64,000 nucleotides of DNA from Candidatus Cloacimonadales bacterium (GTDB lineage Bacteria > Cloacimonadota > Cloacimonadia > Cloacimonadales > JAFGVF01), in assembly GCA_963678315.1 (NCBI GenBank), contig OY782781.1:2912001-2976000 (forward strand), read 5' to 3'. Every line of letters starts with the position of its first letter. The first letter of the stretch is position 1. The translations under genes and the position numbers were made by a program. Positions 10,409 through 22,026 of the stretch are shown piece by piece. Under the pieces are notes generated by a model. The model saw nothing but the letters and a program-made list of their open reading frames with translations. It ran no database searches and had not been told where the DNA came from.

Positions 10409-11410
10409 TTACTCTTTCTTAGTTTTACGACTACCTATCTTAGCTTGTTTCTCAATAGAATTAATTGTTTCTAGATATTCTTTTTCAACACTTTCAAGAG
10501 TTTTGGCTTTATATTTTTTGTATTCTTCTTTAGCTTTTGATTTAGCTTGATTTGAGGATATTGAGTCTGAATTATTTAACACTTTACGACCAGTGGAAGA
10601 GAGTATGCTATCTAATTCTCTAACGAAATCAGACATAGTCATCGCTCTTTCTTCTATAGCATTAAGTTCAGCTAAATCGAAATATGCTGATACTAAATTA
10701 TTCAATACTTTCAGTTCCTGTATAGATAAATAATTTTTTGCAATCATTGCTTCTGCTTGGGTTGGTTGTTCTCCTCTGAAATTTGTAAGACCTACAAAAG
10801 GTTTATTACTATCAACTCGAAGATAAATTACTTCACTTGCCGTATTCCCATGAGCTGCAAAGTGTAGTTTGTTCTGAACAATTTTAAAAAAAATCATGCT
10901 TTCATCGCTTTTAGGATTATAATCAATAGCGGTAGCATAGAGTTCTAAAACTTGTCTATACATAACTTTTTCACTGCTTCTTATGTCTCTAATTCTTTCA
11001 AGTAATTCCTTCCAGTAATTACCACCACCAAAATTTTTTAATCGCTGGTCATCGATAGTAAAACCTTTAACAATATATTCTTTAATCCTAGTGGTTGCCC
11101 ATTGTCTAAAACGGGTACCCTGAATAGATTTAACCCTGTAACCAACTGAAATAATAACATCTAGATTATAATAATTAGTAGGTTTAGTAGAAAAATCGGA
11201 ATTTCCGATTTTTCTCATTGTATCATTTCTATCAAGCTCTTCTTCTTTATATATATTAAGTATGTGTTCATTAATTGTCGAACGGCTTTTTTCAAACAAC
11301 TCAGACATTTGTTCTATGGTCAACCAAACAGTTTCTTCTTCTAATCTAACCGAAATATTTGATTTTCCATCATCACTTCTGTATATTATTATTTCATTAT
11401 TTTTACTCAT
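10409..11410 (-). CDS. RhuM-family DNA-binding protein
   Basis: YNLDVIISVGYRVKS..GTRFRQWAT, RIRDIRSSEK, VQNKLHFA and AKNYL motifs; alternative start at 11428. Confidence 0.85.
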   Translation of the reverse strand: MSKNNEIIIYRSDDGKSNISVRLEEETVWLTIEQMSELFEKSRSTINEHILNIYKEEELDRNDTMRKIGNSDFSTKPTNYYNLDVIISVGYRVKSIQGTRFRQWATTRIKEYIVKGFTIDDQRLKNFGGGNYWKELLERIRDIRSSEKVMYRQVLELYATAIDYNPKSDESMIFFKIVQNKLHFAAHGNTASEVIYLRVDSNKPFVGLTNFRGEQPTQAEAMIAKNYLSIQELKVLNNLVSAYFDLAELNAIEERAMTMSDFVRELDSILSSTGRKVLNNSDSISSNQAKSKAKEEYKKYKAKTLESVEKEYLETINSIEKQAKIGSRKTKKE

Positions 11411-11796
11411 TATAAATCCTTTTAACATAAGCCTACATGTAAATTATATTATTTATCAAGCATTACATATTAATGTTAATTGTCAAGAAATGAGAGAAAA
11501 ATCGGAATTTCCGATTATTCTATTTATAACTAAAATTGTTTTTCACTATGGTGGTCTGAAAGATTTAAGAATGATAAATGATATTCATCTTTAAACAGCA
11601 TAGTATAATGTGCTACTTGACTTGTAGTTAGGGGTCCTCTCTGAAATAACTTTACCTATATCTATATAGGCTAGTATCATTTCAGAGTTAACTGCACTAT
11701 AAGTCTTGTATTGTGATTTCTCAATCCCTTTTTAAGTTCAATGAAAGCATCTAAGCAATCTTGTTTAAGTGAGTTTTGATTCATGAGGAATTACTG

Positions 11797-12642
11797 CTAA
11801 TCTTTGTCCTCTAACTCTTTTAATGTTAAACCATCTTTAGACTTCCACTCAGCCAATCCATTGGCTGTTCTACCTAAAACAAGAGATGCTGCTGTAGAAG
11901 CACTTGTAAATAGATAATCCTGAGTAATAATAAGTGAATTATTCTTTAATTCTAAAACTTCGTCTGTGATTAATCTTTCTCTAAATTTATTATGACTCTG
12001 TTTGAAAGAATTAACTACTGGAGATGAAAAAAATGAGTCTTTTAAAACAACAAAACCTTCTGAAGTAACTATGCCCTTTGCATTAGCACCGCGAGGACCT
12101 GAAAGATATAGGATATCTTTATTCTCAACTTTAACTTTTACTATTTCATCAAACACTTTATGTCCAAGTACTGGTACTATCATCAAGATGTTTCGGATAA
12201 ACTCTTCCATTTCGGCTTGATCAGCTTCTGATATTATAGGTATTCTAGGGTTCTGTATATTTACTACATTGTACCTTTTAGTGTATATCGCAATTTGAAT
12301 TAATCTATGTTCTAAATATCTTATATGAGCTTTGTTAAGATTTTCATCTTTACTAGTAAAAACAAGTACCTCATTCCAGAAATCCTTTCCTAAGTCGTGC
12401 TTAGTTAGTCTTGTATATATTTCTTCAGATTCGCCTATATATATAGAATTACTGTCATCATCGTCTTTGCCGAATAAGAAATATACTCCTGTTCCTTTTA
12501 GTTCAGGTCTATCATTACTTTCTTTTAATAAAACTCGTGGAATTTTAATTGCCTTGCCTGACCAATTAGATAATTCACAGGTCAATCTTCCATCAGAAGT
12601 ACCATCCATAAGATATAGCTTTATTGATTTTGGTGTTTTCAT
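11797..12642 (-). CDS. GIY-YIG nuclease with C-terminal DUF4357-like domain
   Basis: GVYFLFG...IYIGESE, LNKAHIRYLE, FTSASTAASLVLGRTANGLAEWK. Confidence 0.85.
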   Translation of the reverse strand: MKTPKSIKLYLMDGTSDGRLTCELSNWSGKAIKIPRVLLKESNDRPELKGTGVYFLFGKDDDDSNSIYIGESEEIYTRLTKHDLGKDFWNEVLVFTSKDENLNKAHIRYLEHRLIQIAIYTKRYNVVNIQNPRIPIISEADQAEMEEFIRNILMIVPVLGHKVFDEIVKVKVENKDILYLSGPRGANAKGIVTSEGFVVLKDSFFSSPVVNSFKQSHNKFRERLITDEVLELKNNSLIITQDYLFTSASTAASLVLGRTANGLAEWKSKDGLTLKELEDKD

Positions 12643-12928
12643 TAATCCTCCTACATTACTAAGAGTTGTCTATATTCAATATTGTCAAGAAGGGATATAT
12701 AAATATCTTCTTTTATTAAGCCCAAGATACATCAGAAGCTATCATAATCTTGCAAAACATGCTTATTACCAGAAACTTAACACACTATTCCCTCTTCAAA
12801 TATCATAGAAGAATACTCCCCTCTATAAACATATAGGGCACACTTTATTTATGTTCAGCACACTTTTTGAAAAAAGTTTAATTATTTAAATAAATTGGTA
12901 CAATTTTATAAGTATAAAATTTTTTTAG

Positions 12929-13036
12929 CTGATGAAGATAATTAATCACTCTTCTCAAGCTGTTACTCTTAGATATATTGGTATCACTAAAGAGCAGATT
13001 GATGATGTTTATATTAATCTGGATAAGATACTATGA
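12929..13036 (+). pseudogene. tyrosine recombinase C-terminal remnant
   Basis: Translates LMKIINHSSQAVTLRYIGITKEQIDDVYINLDKIL*, the NHSS..TLRYIG His/Tyr catalytic segment; an in-frame stop lies immediately upstream. Confidence 0.75.
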
Positions 13037-13090
13037 TTATTGAAGTTCATTTTCTCCCAAGTGAGAAAGTGAATTTTGTTTATTATTTTT

Positions 13091-16000
13091 CTATTCAGCA
13101 AGCTTATTTACTCGTTCTTTATATTGTTCTTTAAGCAATCTATCATGCTTATTATCAGATGGTAATGAATCTACAAACTCATTCAAATCAGATAGAAACT
13201 CCTCTCGAAGTTCTATTGATTCTTTAGTTTGTTCTGGTTTAAGTTCTAATGATTCATTTAGATTATAAATTGAAATCACATTATCAATATATGTAGGTAC
13301 TTCTCGTGGTAAAAATGTTTCCCAAGGTATTGATGTATCATTGTTAAGAATTTTAGTTAAACTATCACTATATAAACTGAAACAAGAACGACTAAACCTA
13401 TAGTTGTTGTATATAGGAACAAACCAGTAACAATATATATCAGTGGTATTATTATTCTGCAAATCATTTACAATATTCAAAATATCTTGAAAATTCATTA
13501 TTGGTTCACTTGGTGCATAAAACAGTACGATATTCTTTATATGTCCATATACAACAATCTTATTAAATAATTCTACTGACGGAGGTAAAGTTTCTTTAAT
13601 TTTTTGCAATATATTATTTTCTTTTTCAACCCTCATTTCTTTTATACAATCAATAGGGTTTCTAACTTTGATTGATGATTTTGTACTCCATAAATAATCA
13701 AGTAAATCATAAACATCTTGATAGTATTGAAGCTCTGTTTCGTTTATCTGACTAATATTGAAGAAATCAGTATTATCTTTAAAATAGTCATTGAAGAAAG
13801 AATGAACCTTAGATATGTGATTTATTGAATCATACAGGTTGTGCAAACACAATTTGTGTTCTTTATTAGTCCCTAATATAATAGTATTGAATTGTGTATA
13901 AAATTTGCTGATTGATGTTGCCCAATTATTCAAATCATCATTTGAAACCATTCTTTTAACATTGAATGATAATGATTTTATTATAGATATCTGATCTATT
14001 GTTTTTCCTCCAATATGAATCACTTGCGAGTAAAGTTTGTGCATTTTGGGCAATAAATGATCTAAATCATTAGGTTTAACTCCATTGAGATAAAATAATC
14101 TTAGTTCAGTCATTATATTAAAAGATGTTCTTCTAAAATCGTTCCAATACCCTTGTAAATCATAACTAGTTTTAGGTAAGAAAGGTATAATCATTTGTCT
14201 ATATAATTCTGAATAAATCATTGTAACAAAGCTTGGTTGCAGATTCTTAGGGGGGGTATGTTTTGTATTTTTACTAGCATTTGGCACTAAACCACCAATA
14301 TTTATTTCCTTTGGTCGACTATCATATCTATTATATCCAGGATATATCATGTATAGTTTTTCTAATTTTTTTGAAGCAATATTAAGATATTCCGTATCAC
14401 CTGCTAAAATAGGACAAAATTCAATAATGATTGAATCTTTGTTTTCAATAATGTTGTGGCAACTCAAATTATACTTCACTGAGTCTTGTAAGTTTTTTTG
14501 ATTTTGCTTTATGAATTTCAAATAAAGATCATAATTGTAATTAAATAAACCAAATGTAAAATAACAAAGTTCACTAAAATCGACCTTATCAATTTCAATT
14601 TCCTTAATTATAATTGAAAGTTCATTACTTAAATTACATTCAAATTTAACTAAATTTATCCAATATAAAAATATACCTATATCCTTAATATTTTTAAGAT
14701 GTGTCTTTATATCAATACTCTGCAAGAAATAAAGAATGTATTCATAACTATTCAAATCTTTACTGAATCGGCTAACAATATCTCGTAATTTTGGGTAGAA
14801 ACCCTTAACAGACTCATTAAGAGCTGATACAAATCCAAGGTTTTTGCCAATTAATGATAATTCATAAGATATTATCATTAATGAACCAAATCCTGTTAAG
14901 CTATATGCTTTATTAATTAAAGTAATGTTATTTGCAACATATTTACATACTGAAGCTGAGTAAAATGCTTTCAACACATTGATTACAGATGCTAAATCAA
15001 GGGTAGAAAAGAAACTTTTAGATTTATCGATAAAATTATTATACTCAATATCATAGTTAGTTAGAATATTATAGACTGTACTGTATATGTTTGATAATGA
15101 ACAATATGGTAGTATTTGATTCAAAGTATTAATAACGGGAATGTATTTATCGTGTAGTATTTCAACAAGATGTTTTGATCTAGTCTGATGTAGTCCGGTA
15201 AAATAATCTCCGTTCTCCATAATATATTCGTTGTTTAGAGTATTTAAGATTATTTGAGTATCTTCGTATAGTGGGATAAGTTTTACAATTTCATCTATAG
15301 GAATGTATATATCTAACATATGTGCAAGTGAAACTAACCTGATAATATTTTTCTTTGTTACTGAATAATTTCCATATGATAGTTCTCTAATTTGATCATT
15401 CAACCTATCTTTTAACAGGATTCCTTTTGTACTTAAGTATACATATTCAATTAATAATCTAGGTTTATCAAGCAACTCGAATGGTTGAAGATAAGACTTG
15501 AAACTTTTGCAAACTAGTCCTTTATCGTTTAACTTCTTAAAAACACTTTCAGCTTCCGAATCATCTAAGTAAACATCCACAACTTTAAACTCGAAATTGC
15601 TAATAGGTATATGATTCCAGTTTTCTTGCCTAATTGTTATCAAAAAATTAATATCTTTATCTTGGCACTGTGAGATAATTTTTGATTTATATCTAAAGCT
15701 TGCTTTAACATCATCAATAAGTATTAAAATTGGTAAACCTAATTTACAAATACTATTTAGATACCTGACAACACTTACTGCTTCATTTTCAGATTCAACA
15801 TTATTTATAATATATATTTGATTTTCGTTATAAAATTCCAAAGCATATTGATACATCAACGTTGTCTTTCCTTGTCCACTAGAAGCTCTAAGAAAAACAA
15901 CATCAGACTTATCATTAATGTCATTGAATTTATTGAATATGTAATTAATCCAATTTGATCTTTTTATCCCACATTTATCTTTTATATGGCTAGGTAATGT

Positions 16001-16759
16001 GTATTTTCCATTATAAAAATCATCTTCTTTTGACGTATTTGACCAATCTACTCTTGAAATAAGTCCTTCCCCATAAGCATTATATTCTTCAGAAGCAATA
16101 GTCTCTTGAGTATTGGTACAGATATTTGATATTATATCATAAGTAATATTACCACGATTTATAGAAACATTATAAAACTGAGCTAGTAATACATCATGAA
16201 TATATTTTGCAGTTTCTTCTAAGCAATTACATTCAGAAATTATCATTTCAACATTTTGCTGTTCTAATTCGTGTTTCGAGTGTATTTCTAGATTAATTTT
16301 AGAAAGTAGTTCATCTATTTCTTGATTGGATAAAGAGATAGTTGTATCGTCCACTATCTTCTTTTTTAATTTTTTCTTTTTCAGGAAATCTTTAACTGAT
16401 GTTGCAAATTTTTTATTTGTTATTACCTTAAAATCTCTAGTCTTATCTACAACATATATCTTTGCAAAACCAACTACAATTTCACTAAAGTCTGTCCAAT
16501 TGAGCTCACTCTTTCTATATTTTACTTGTATATAAGAAGAACTATTTTTACATTCTGAACCAACTTTATCTTTGATATTTTTTAATAGGTCTATATCTTC
16601 GATACCTTCTAATGTTAATACATCTTCTCTATTTGAAAATAATGAACATCCAAGATTTACAGAAAATAATATTTGATAGTAAAATCCATTTATGCTTACT
16701 GCTCCATGATATCTTTTACTTAATAATATTTCTAACCCAATATTAGCATAATCTTTCAT
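13091..16759 (-). CDS. large nuclease-NTPase: N-terminal PD-(D/E)xK (Cap4-like) endonuclease, STAND-like P-loop NTPase and long C-terminal region; probable antiviral defence protein
   Basis: GFYYQ...EGIEDID...YIQVKY nuclease motif; ASSGQGKTT Walker A; ILIDD Walker B. Confidence 0.7.
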   Translation of the reverse strand: MKDYANIGLEILLSKRYHGAVSINGFYYQILFSVNLGCSLFSNREDVLTLEGIEDIDLLKNIKDKVGSECKNSSSYIQVKYRKSELNWTDFSEIVVGFAKIYVVDKTRDFKVITNKKFATSVKDFLKKKKLKKKIVDDTTISLSNQEIDELLSKINLEIHSKHELEQQNVEMIISECNCLEETAKYIHDVLLAQFYNVSINRGNITYDIISNICTNTQETIASEEYNAYGEGLISRVDWSNTSKEDDFYNGKYTLPSHIKDKCGIKRSNWINYIFNKFNDINDKSDVVFLRASSGQGKTTLMYQYALEFYNENQIYIINNVESENEAVSVVRYLNSICKLGLPILILIDDVKASFRYKSKIISQCQDKDINFLITIRQENWNHIPISNFEFKVVDVYLDDSEAESVFKKLNDKGLVCKSFKSYLQPFELLDKPRLLIEYVYLSTKGILLKDRLNDQIRELSYGNYSVTKKNIIRLVSLAHMLDIYIPIDEIVKLIPLYEDTQIILNTLNNEYIMENGDYFTGLHQTRSKHLVEILHDKYIPVINTLNQILPYCSLSNIYSTVYNILTNYDIEYNNFIDKSKSFFSTLDLASVINVLKAFYSASVCKYVANNITLINKAYSLTGFGSLMIISYELSLIGKNLGFVSALNESVKGFYPKLRDIVSRFSKDLNSYEYILYFLQSIDIKTHLKNIKDIGIFLYWINLVKFECNLSNELSIIIKEIEIDKVDFSELCYFTFGLFNYNYDLYLKFIKQNQKNLQDSVKYNLSCHNIIENKDSIIIEFCPILAGDTEYLNIASKKLEKLYMIYPGYNRYDSRPKEINIGGLVPNASKNTKHTPPKNLQPSFVTMIYSELYRQMIIPFLPKTSYDLQGYWNDFRRTSFNIMTELRLFYLNGVKPNDLDHLLPKMHKLYSQVIHIGGKTIDQISIIKSLSFNVKRMVSNDDLNNWATSISKFYTQFNTIILGTNKEHKLCLHNLYDSINHISKVHSFFNDYFKDNTDFFNISQINETELQYYQDVYDLLDYLWSTKSSIKVRNPIDCIKEMRVEKENNILQKIKETLPPSVELFNKIVVYGHIKNIVLFYAPSEPIMNFQDILNIVNDLQNNNTTDIYCYWFVPIYNNYRFSRSCFSLYSDSLTKILNNDTSIPWETFLPREVPTYIDNVISIYNLNESLELKPEQTKESIELREEFLSDLNEFVDSLPSDNKHDRLLKEQYKERVNKLAE

Positions 16760-17032
16760 TCCTATAACCTCTCTCTTACCCCTCAAACGTCTCTCTCAAC
16801 ACTGCTTGCATCAAGTGTTCAAATGTCTCTTTATTAACTTTATTTTTCATCATTAAGTTAGGATAAATATATTGTGTGCAAGTTTCTCTTTCAGTTAGAT
16901 CTTTTTTTAACATCTAATCTCCTCTATGCAACCAAAATTACAAGTAATGTTACTAAATTTCATCAATCCATTATCAATTATTTAATTAGTCAAGTAAAAA
17001 AGCAATTTTTTAATACAGTGATTTGTACATTA

Positions 17033-17280
17033 TTAATGCAGACGAACAGACCACTTCTCAAAGGCAACACCTGAACCTGTCTTGAGGTACGTTCAAATTG
17101 ATGTGCTTTGTTCTCATCTGAAAAGGATGTATATGTTACTAGTTCCCAAGGTTTGTATTTCTTGGTGTGATATGATTTGCCGGAGTTGTGGGCTATTAAA
17201 CGTTGTTTTAAGTCTGAGGTTTTACCAGTATAATACCTTTCTGGAAAATTGATGCTTCTTATGATATAAACGTAATACAT
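17033..17280 (-). pseudogene. small GIY-YIG (UPF0213/SLX1-like) nuclease with a 1-nt frameshift near 17089
   Basis: MYYVYII...YYTGKTSDLKQRLIAHN..KYKPWELV; the expected tail YLKTGSGVAF lies in another frame (GAA CG TAC CTC AAG). Confidence 0.75.
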
Positions 17281-17373
17281 GTGCCCTACTCTTGTATATT
17301 TTTTTTTCTTTCTTTCTTTCTTTCTACTTCGCAATTTCCTACTCCTACAGTCGTAGTTGCTTCGTAGAATGTA

Positions 17374-18191
<818 letters not shown>

Positions 18192-18292
18192 ATTCATTTC
18201 AATCGGCAAACAGCTTGTTTGATATATTATTATTAAAAAAGCTTTAATGTCAAGTAATAATTAAGAATCAGTCTTAATTTCATAATATTTTA

Positions 18293-18784
18293 TTAACTTA
18301 CAATATCAACAATCTTCTGCGAAACGTCATTCAATGATAAAGAGGAAGAGTCTATCTTTATAGTATTCATTTGATAATAAGACTCCTGCCTTTTTATTGA
18401 GTCAGCAATTTCTATTTGACTTCTTCCATCCTTTTTAAGTCGCTTTTCAAGTACATCTAAGTCAGAGCAAACTAGTGATATCTTATAAGTTTTCACTCCC
18501 TTAAGATTAAGATTATCAGTTATTCTTTTCATGAGTTTTTCATGTCCTATAACCCAATTAAAGATAATATAGTGGAATTGTGAATTAGCTAGAAAGTTGT
18601 TTAGTACATGAAATATATTACTTTCTACCATTTCTTTATTTTTATCATTAACAAGAAAGGGATTCATCATCCAGCACCAGTCTCCATCAAGCCAAACAGA
18701 AGCATTCAATGATTGATAAAGTATTGATGCTACGCTTGTTTTACCACTTCCGGGGGCACCATTGATAATAATTAACTTCTTCAT
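18293..18784 (-). CDS. P-loop nucleotide kinase-like (AAA family) protein
   Basis: GAPGSGKT Walker A, WLDGDWCWMMNPF motif. Confidence 0.8.
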   Translation of the reverse strand: MKKLIIINGAPGSGKTSVASILYQSLNASVWLDGDWCWMMNPFLVNDKNKEMVESNIFHVLNNFLANSQFHYIIFNWVIGHEKLMKRITDNLNLKGVKTYKISLVCSDLDVLEKRLKKDGRSQIEIADSIKRQESYYQMNTIKIDSSSLSLNDVSQKIVDIVS

Positions 18785-18890
18785 ATTTACCTCATGCTAA
18801 TTAGATTAGCTGTCTGCTTTTTGTCTAGAACTTTAAGAAAATATTTGACTTTGAGTATAGTTTATGTATTTATTGGTTTATGGAGGATTT

Positions 18891-21800
18891 ATGGAAGTTA
18901 AAATAGTCCCTTACAATGATAAATACGCAAAAGCAGTAGCGGTAATGTGGAGCCAGAGTAGCCAAGGTTGGAACGGATCTGAAATGTCTTTTTCAGAAGA
19001 GTCTGTAATCAATGAAGAAAAGAAAGGGAAAGTTGCAACAAATCTTGCCCTTTCAGGAGATAAAGTAGTAGGTTATTGTAATTTAGAAAGCGGTAAATTC
19101 GCTGATGCATATTATATTGGGCTATTAAATGTTCTTCCTGAGATGCACGGTAAAAAGATTGGGAAAAGGCTAATTTTGAAGGCACTTGATAAAACAATTG
19201 AAGATGGTATTAAGAGGTTAGATCTTCATACTTGGAGTGGGAATACTTTAGCTGTCCCATTGTATAAGAAGACTGGTTTTCTATGGCGAGAATCGCCTCA
19301 AGGTGTCCATTTAGTAAATTATATACCATATCTATTAACCCATGACTTCTTCAAAGAATTTTTTGCTAAGCTTGATTGGTATAAAGATAGAAGTGATGAG
19401 ATAATTGTTGAGCCAGATGGTAGACTGATTGATAATTTTTATGTATATGAATATAGTTGGAAGAACAATCAAGAAGAGTTAACTATTATTATTGAAGACA
19501 ATGGAAAATCTATATGCGGAATAGAAACAAAAGATTATTCACTTTCAATAGCCTGTCCCAACAAAGATTTAACAATTGGTCAGGAGCATATTGCAGAAGT
19601 CACATTTACTCCAAAGCAGGATAAAAACTTCGATTTAATAATAGATGGTGTAAGTAATAAGTATGTTAACATGGATTTTCATACAAAGGATGTTACTAAT
19701 CAGAAGAAAACATTCCCACTAGCATTCTCATTGAATCCGCAAGATAATAGTTTTGTAGCTTTACCATCACTTCCTACGGTAGGATGCAATATTTCTATTA
19801 ATGCCAAGAGCATAGCTTTAGGTTTGGGAATTAATCCCATCTATGCAGTAGATTTAAAGTTTGAAAGTAAACAAGACTTCTTTATAAAAAACAGTCAAAC
19901 TGAAGTTTTACTTTGGTGCAAAAACAATTCTGATAAGGATATAGAGATAGAGATTGATTTATCTAGCCTTGAGTGCTATACAGGAAATAATCTTTCTATT
20001 TCTATCAATTCTCATAAAGAAGCAAGTCTCACCGTGCCTCTTACAATGACTCAATCTATGTCAGGCAAATATATAATACCTGTTAAGTTCATAGATACAG
20101 ATATTCGAGCTATGATTCCTATGGAAGTATGCCTGGTGCTTCATAATGAATCAAAGTTAAGTGAGTTTAAATCTTGCCTTTTTTATTCTTACAACAACAT
20201 CAATTATGTATTAACGAAGTCAGGAAACCGAATTTTAAGAGTTAATAATAATGATTGTTTTTCACATTTGAACTTACCTATCTTAGGAGATAATTATACA
20301 AATGAATTTATTAAAGATGGTTATGAAGGTGCTGAAGTAGATTCACATAATATGTCTGTAACAGAAACAATGTTCAGTAATATTTATCCAGGTCTTAGGA
20401 TTGTTAGAATTACAAGTTTTGATAGAAATCATGTTAATGTACGTTTATCGGCTTTTAACGATTCAGCAAAGCAAATATCTAATATAAAACTTGCTCAAGG
20501 AATTGGAGGTTATCCACGATATCAGCACACTTATAAAGATGGAATATATAATCGAGGAATTGACTATCCTGATTTAGATCCTAAAAATATAACAGAACCA
20601 TGGTTGCTCTATAAAAAAGACAATAGTTCTATCTTAATGCTCTTTTCTGAACATGATTCTTTTGAGATAATCGGCTGGCAATGGCATTTAAAAAAAGCTA
20701 TAGATAGCCTCTCTGCTAAGCAAGAATGCATCGTGTTTGATATTAATTATTACTTTGACTTAGTCTCTAATTATCAGCAAGTTAGAAGGAATTTCTTTAA
20801 TAAAGAAGGATTTTTAAAAGAATACAGTCTCTTTAACGTAAATACATCTGACAACAATCCAGTTTATGATATTGATAAGACCCAGAAACTAGAATTTAGT
20901 ATAGAAGCAGTGGATATAGGAAGAGCTAATGTAGAATGCAATGGTCATGAAATTGCAATCTCAAACAACAATTTTAAAGATAGCTTTGATGCACTAAAAG
21001 AAGTTGGTTTAAATACTTATATCTTAAATTTTAACCAGTCCAATTGCCAATTTACCTATAAAAAGTGTTTCTTAGCTTTTAAAGCGGGATCACCTATAAC
21101 TAAGAAAGAAGATGACAGTCTAATTGTTAGCAATGCTTTCATAGAGATCTCAAGTGATATCAAACATCATCCAGGAATATATTCACTAAAGATAGATAAT
21201 CAGGAGATCCTAGACATATCTTATCCAAATCCTAAACCTCACGGCTGGTACAATCCTTGGTATGGTGGAATTGCTCTTACAGATCAACACAATGGGGCAG
21301 GTAGACTTATGAAAGAAGCATCAAGTCAGAAATTTGTATCTGTAAATGACGATTTTGGTAATTTATGGGAAGGTATTAGACTATCAACAAAATATAGTCA
21401 GGCTGATGACTGGAAAGAAGATGTAACAATTAACCAGTTCTATTTACTGCTAGCAAATTCACCTGTAATGATTGCTTTTGCTCTTTTTGATTATTCTCAC
21501 AAGAAAATTGATTCTAACAAAAATTGGAATCTTGAAGTATTCCTTGGGGGGGCTGACTTAAAGAATTATTCTGTTATAGCTAAAGAAGATAATATTCAAT
21601 ATAGAAAAATCAACTGTGGTATTTCCCAGAATTCATTAGAATCTAGAGTTTTACAAGTAAAGAGAAAAGACTGTCATAGCTTCATCTTCTTTTCTTCTAA
21701 CCCTAATAAAGACTCTTATGCTGTAGGAGCTGACAGATTTTTGAATCTTACAAGTAGCAACTTCCTTAAGAGAAAGAAAATCTCTGATAAAAAAGTAATA

Positions 21801-21896
21801 TCCGATATTCAGTTCATGGTATTTACTGAAGATCTCCCTGAATCAGAGGAGTTACATAAAATTCGAGAGATTTCTTTTAACTCTTTATTGAAATGA
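18891..21896 (+). CDS. large protein with N-terminal GNAT acetyltransferase domain
   Basis: LNVLPEMHGKKIGKRL acetyl-CoA motif, LHTWSGNTLAVPLYKKTGF; GGAGG RBS before ATG 18891. Confidence 0.8.
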   Translation: MEVKIVPYNDKYAKAVAVMWSQSSQGWNGSEMSFSEESVINEEKKGKVATNLALSGDKVVGYCNLESGKFADAYYIGLLNVLPEMHGKKIGKRLILKALDKTIEDGIKRLDLHTWSGNTLAVPLYKKTGFLWRESPQGVHLVNYIPYLLTHDFFKEFFAKLDWYKDRSDEIIVEPDGRLIDNFYVYEYSWKNNQEELTIIIEDNGKSICGIETKDYSLSIACPNKDLTIGQEHIAEVTFTPKQDKNFDLIIDGVSNKYVNMDFHTKDVTNQKKTFPLAFSLNPQDNSFVALPSLPTVGCNISINAKSIALGLGINPIYAVDLKFESKQDFFIKNSQTEVLLWCKNNSDKDIEIEIDLSSLECYTGNNLSISINSHKEASLTVPLTMTQSMSGKYIIPVKFIDTDIRAMIPMEVCLVLHNESKLSEFKSCLFYSYNNINYVLTKSGNRILRVNNNDCFSHLNLPILGDNYTNEFIKDGYEGAEVDSHNMSVTETMFSNIYPGLRIVRITSFDRNHVNVRLSAFNDSAKQISNIKLAQGIGGYPRYQHTYKDGIYNRGIDYPDLDPKNITEPWLLYKKDNSSILMLFSEHDSFEIIGWQWHLKKAIDSLSAKQECIVFDINYYFDLVSNYQQVRRNFFNKEGFLKEYSLFNVNTSDNNPVYDIDKTQKLEFSIEAVDIGRANVECNGHEIAISNNNFKDSFDALKEVGLNTYILNFNQSNCQFTYKKCFLAFKAGSPITKKEDDSLIVSNAFIEISSDIKHHPGIYSLKIDNQEILDISYPNPKPHGWYNPWYGGIALTDQHNGAGRLMKEASSQKFVSVNDDFGNLWEGIRLSTKYSQADDWKEDVTINQFYLLLANSPVMIAFALFDYSHKKIDSNKNWNLEVFLGGADLKNYSVIAKEDNIQYRKINCGISQNSLESRVLQVKRKDCHSFIFFSSNPNKDSYAVGADRFLNLTSSNFLKRKKISDKKVISDIQFMVFTEDLPESEELHKIREISFNSLLK

Positions 21897-22026
21897 TGAA
21901 ATGATACACGTCCCAGAGTAACAACTTAGGAAAACATGTTCAGAGCCTTGAAAAATCAAGGCTCTTTGTTTTTGCTTTATTTCCCAAAATAAAATCTGCA
22001 ATAGACTAACTAAAGCATTAGTCGAA

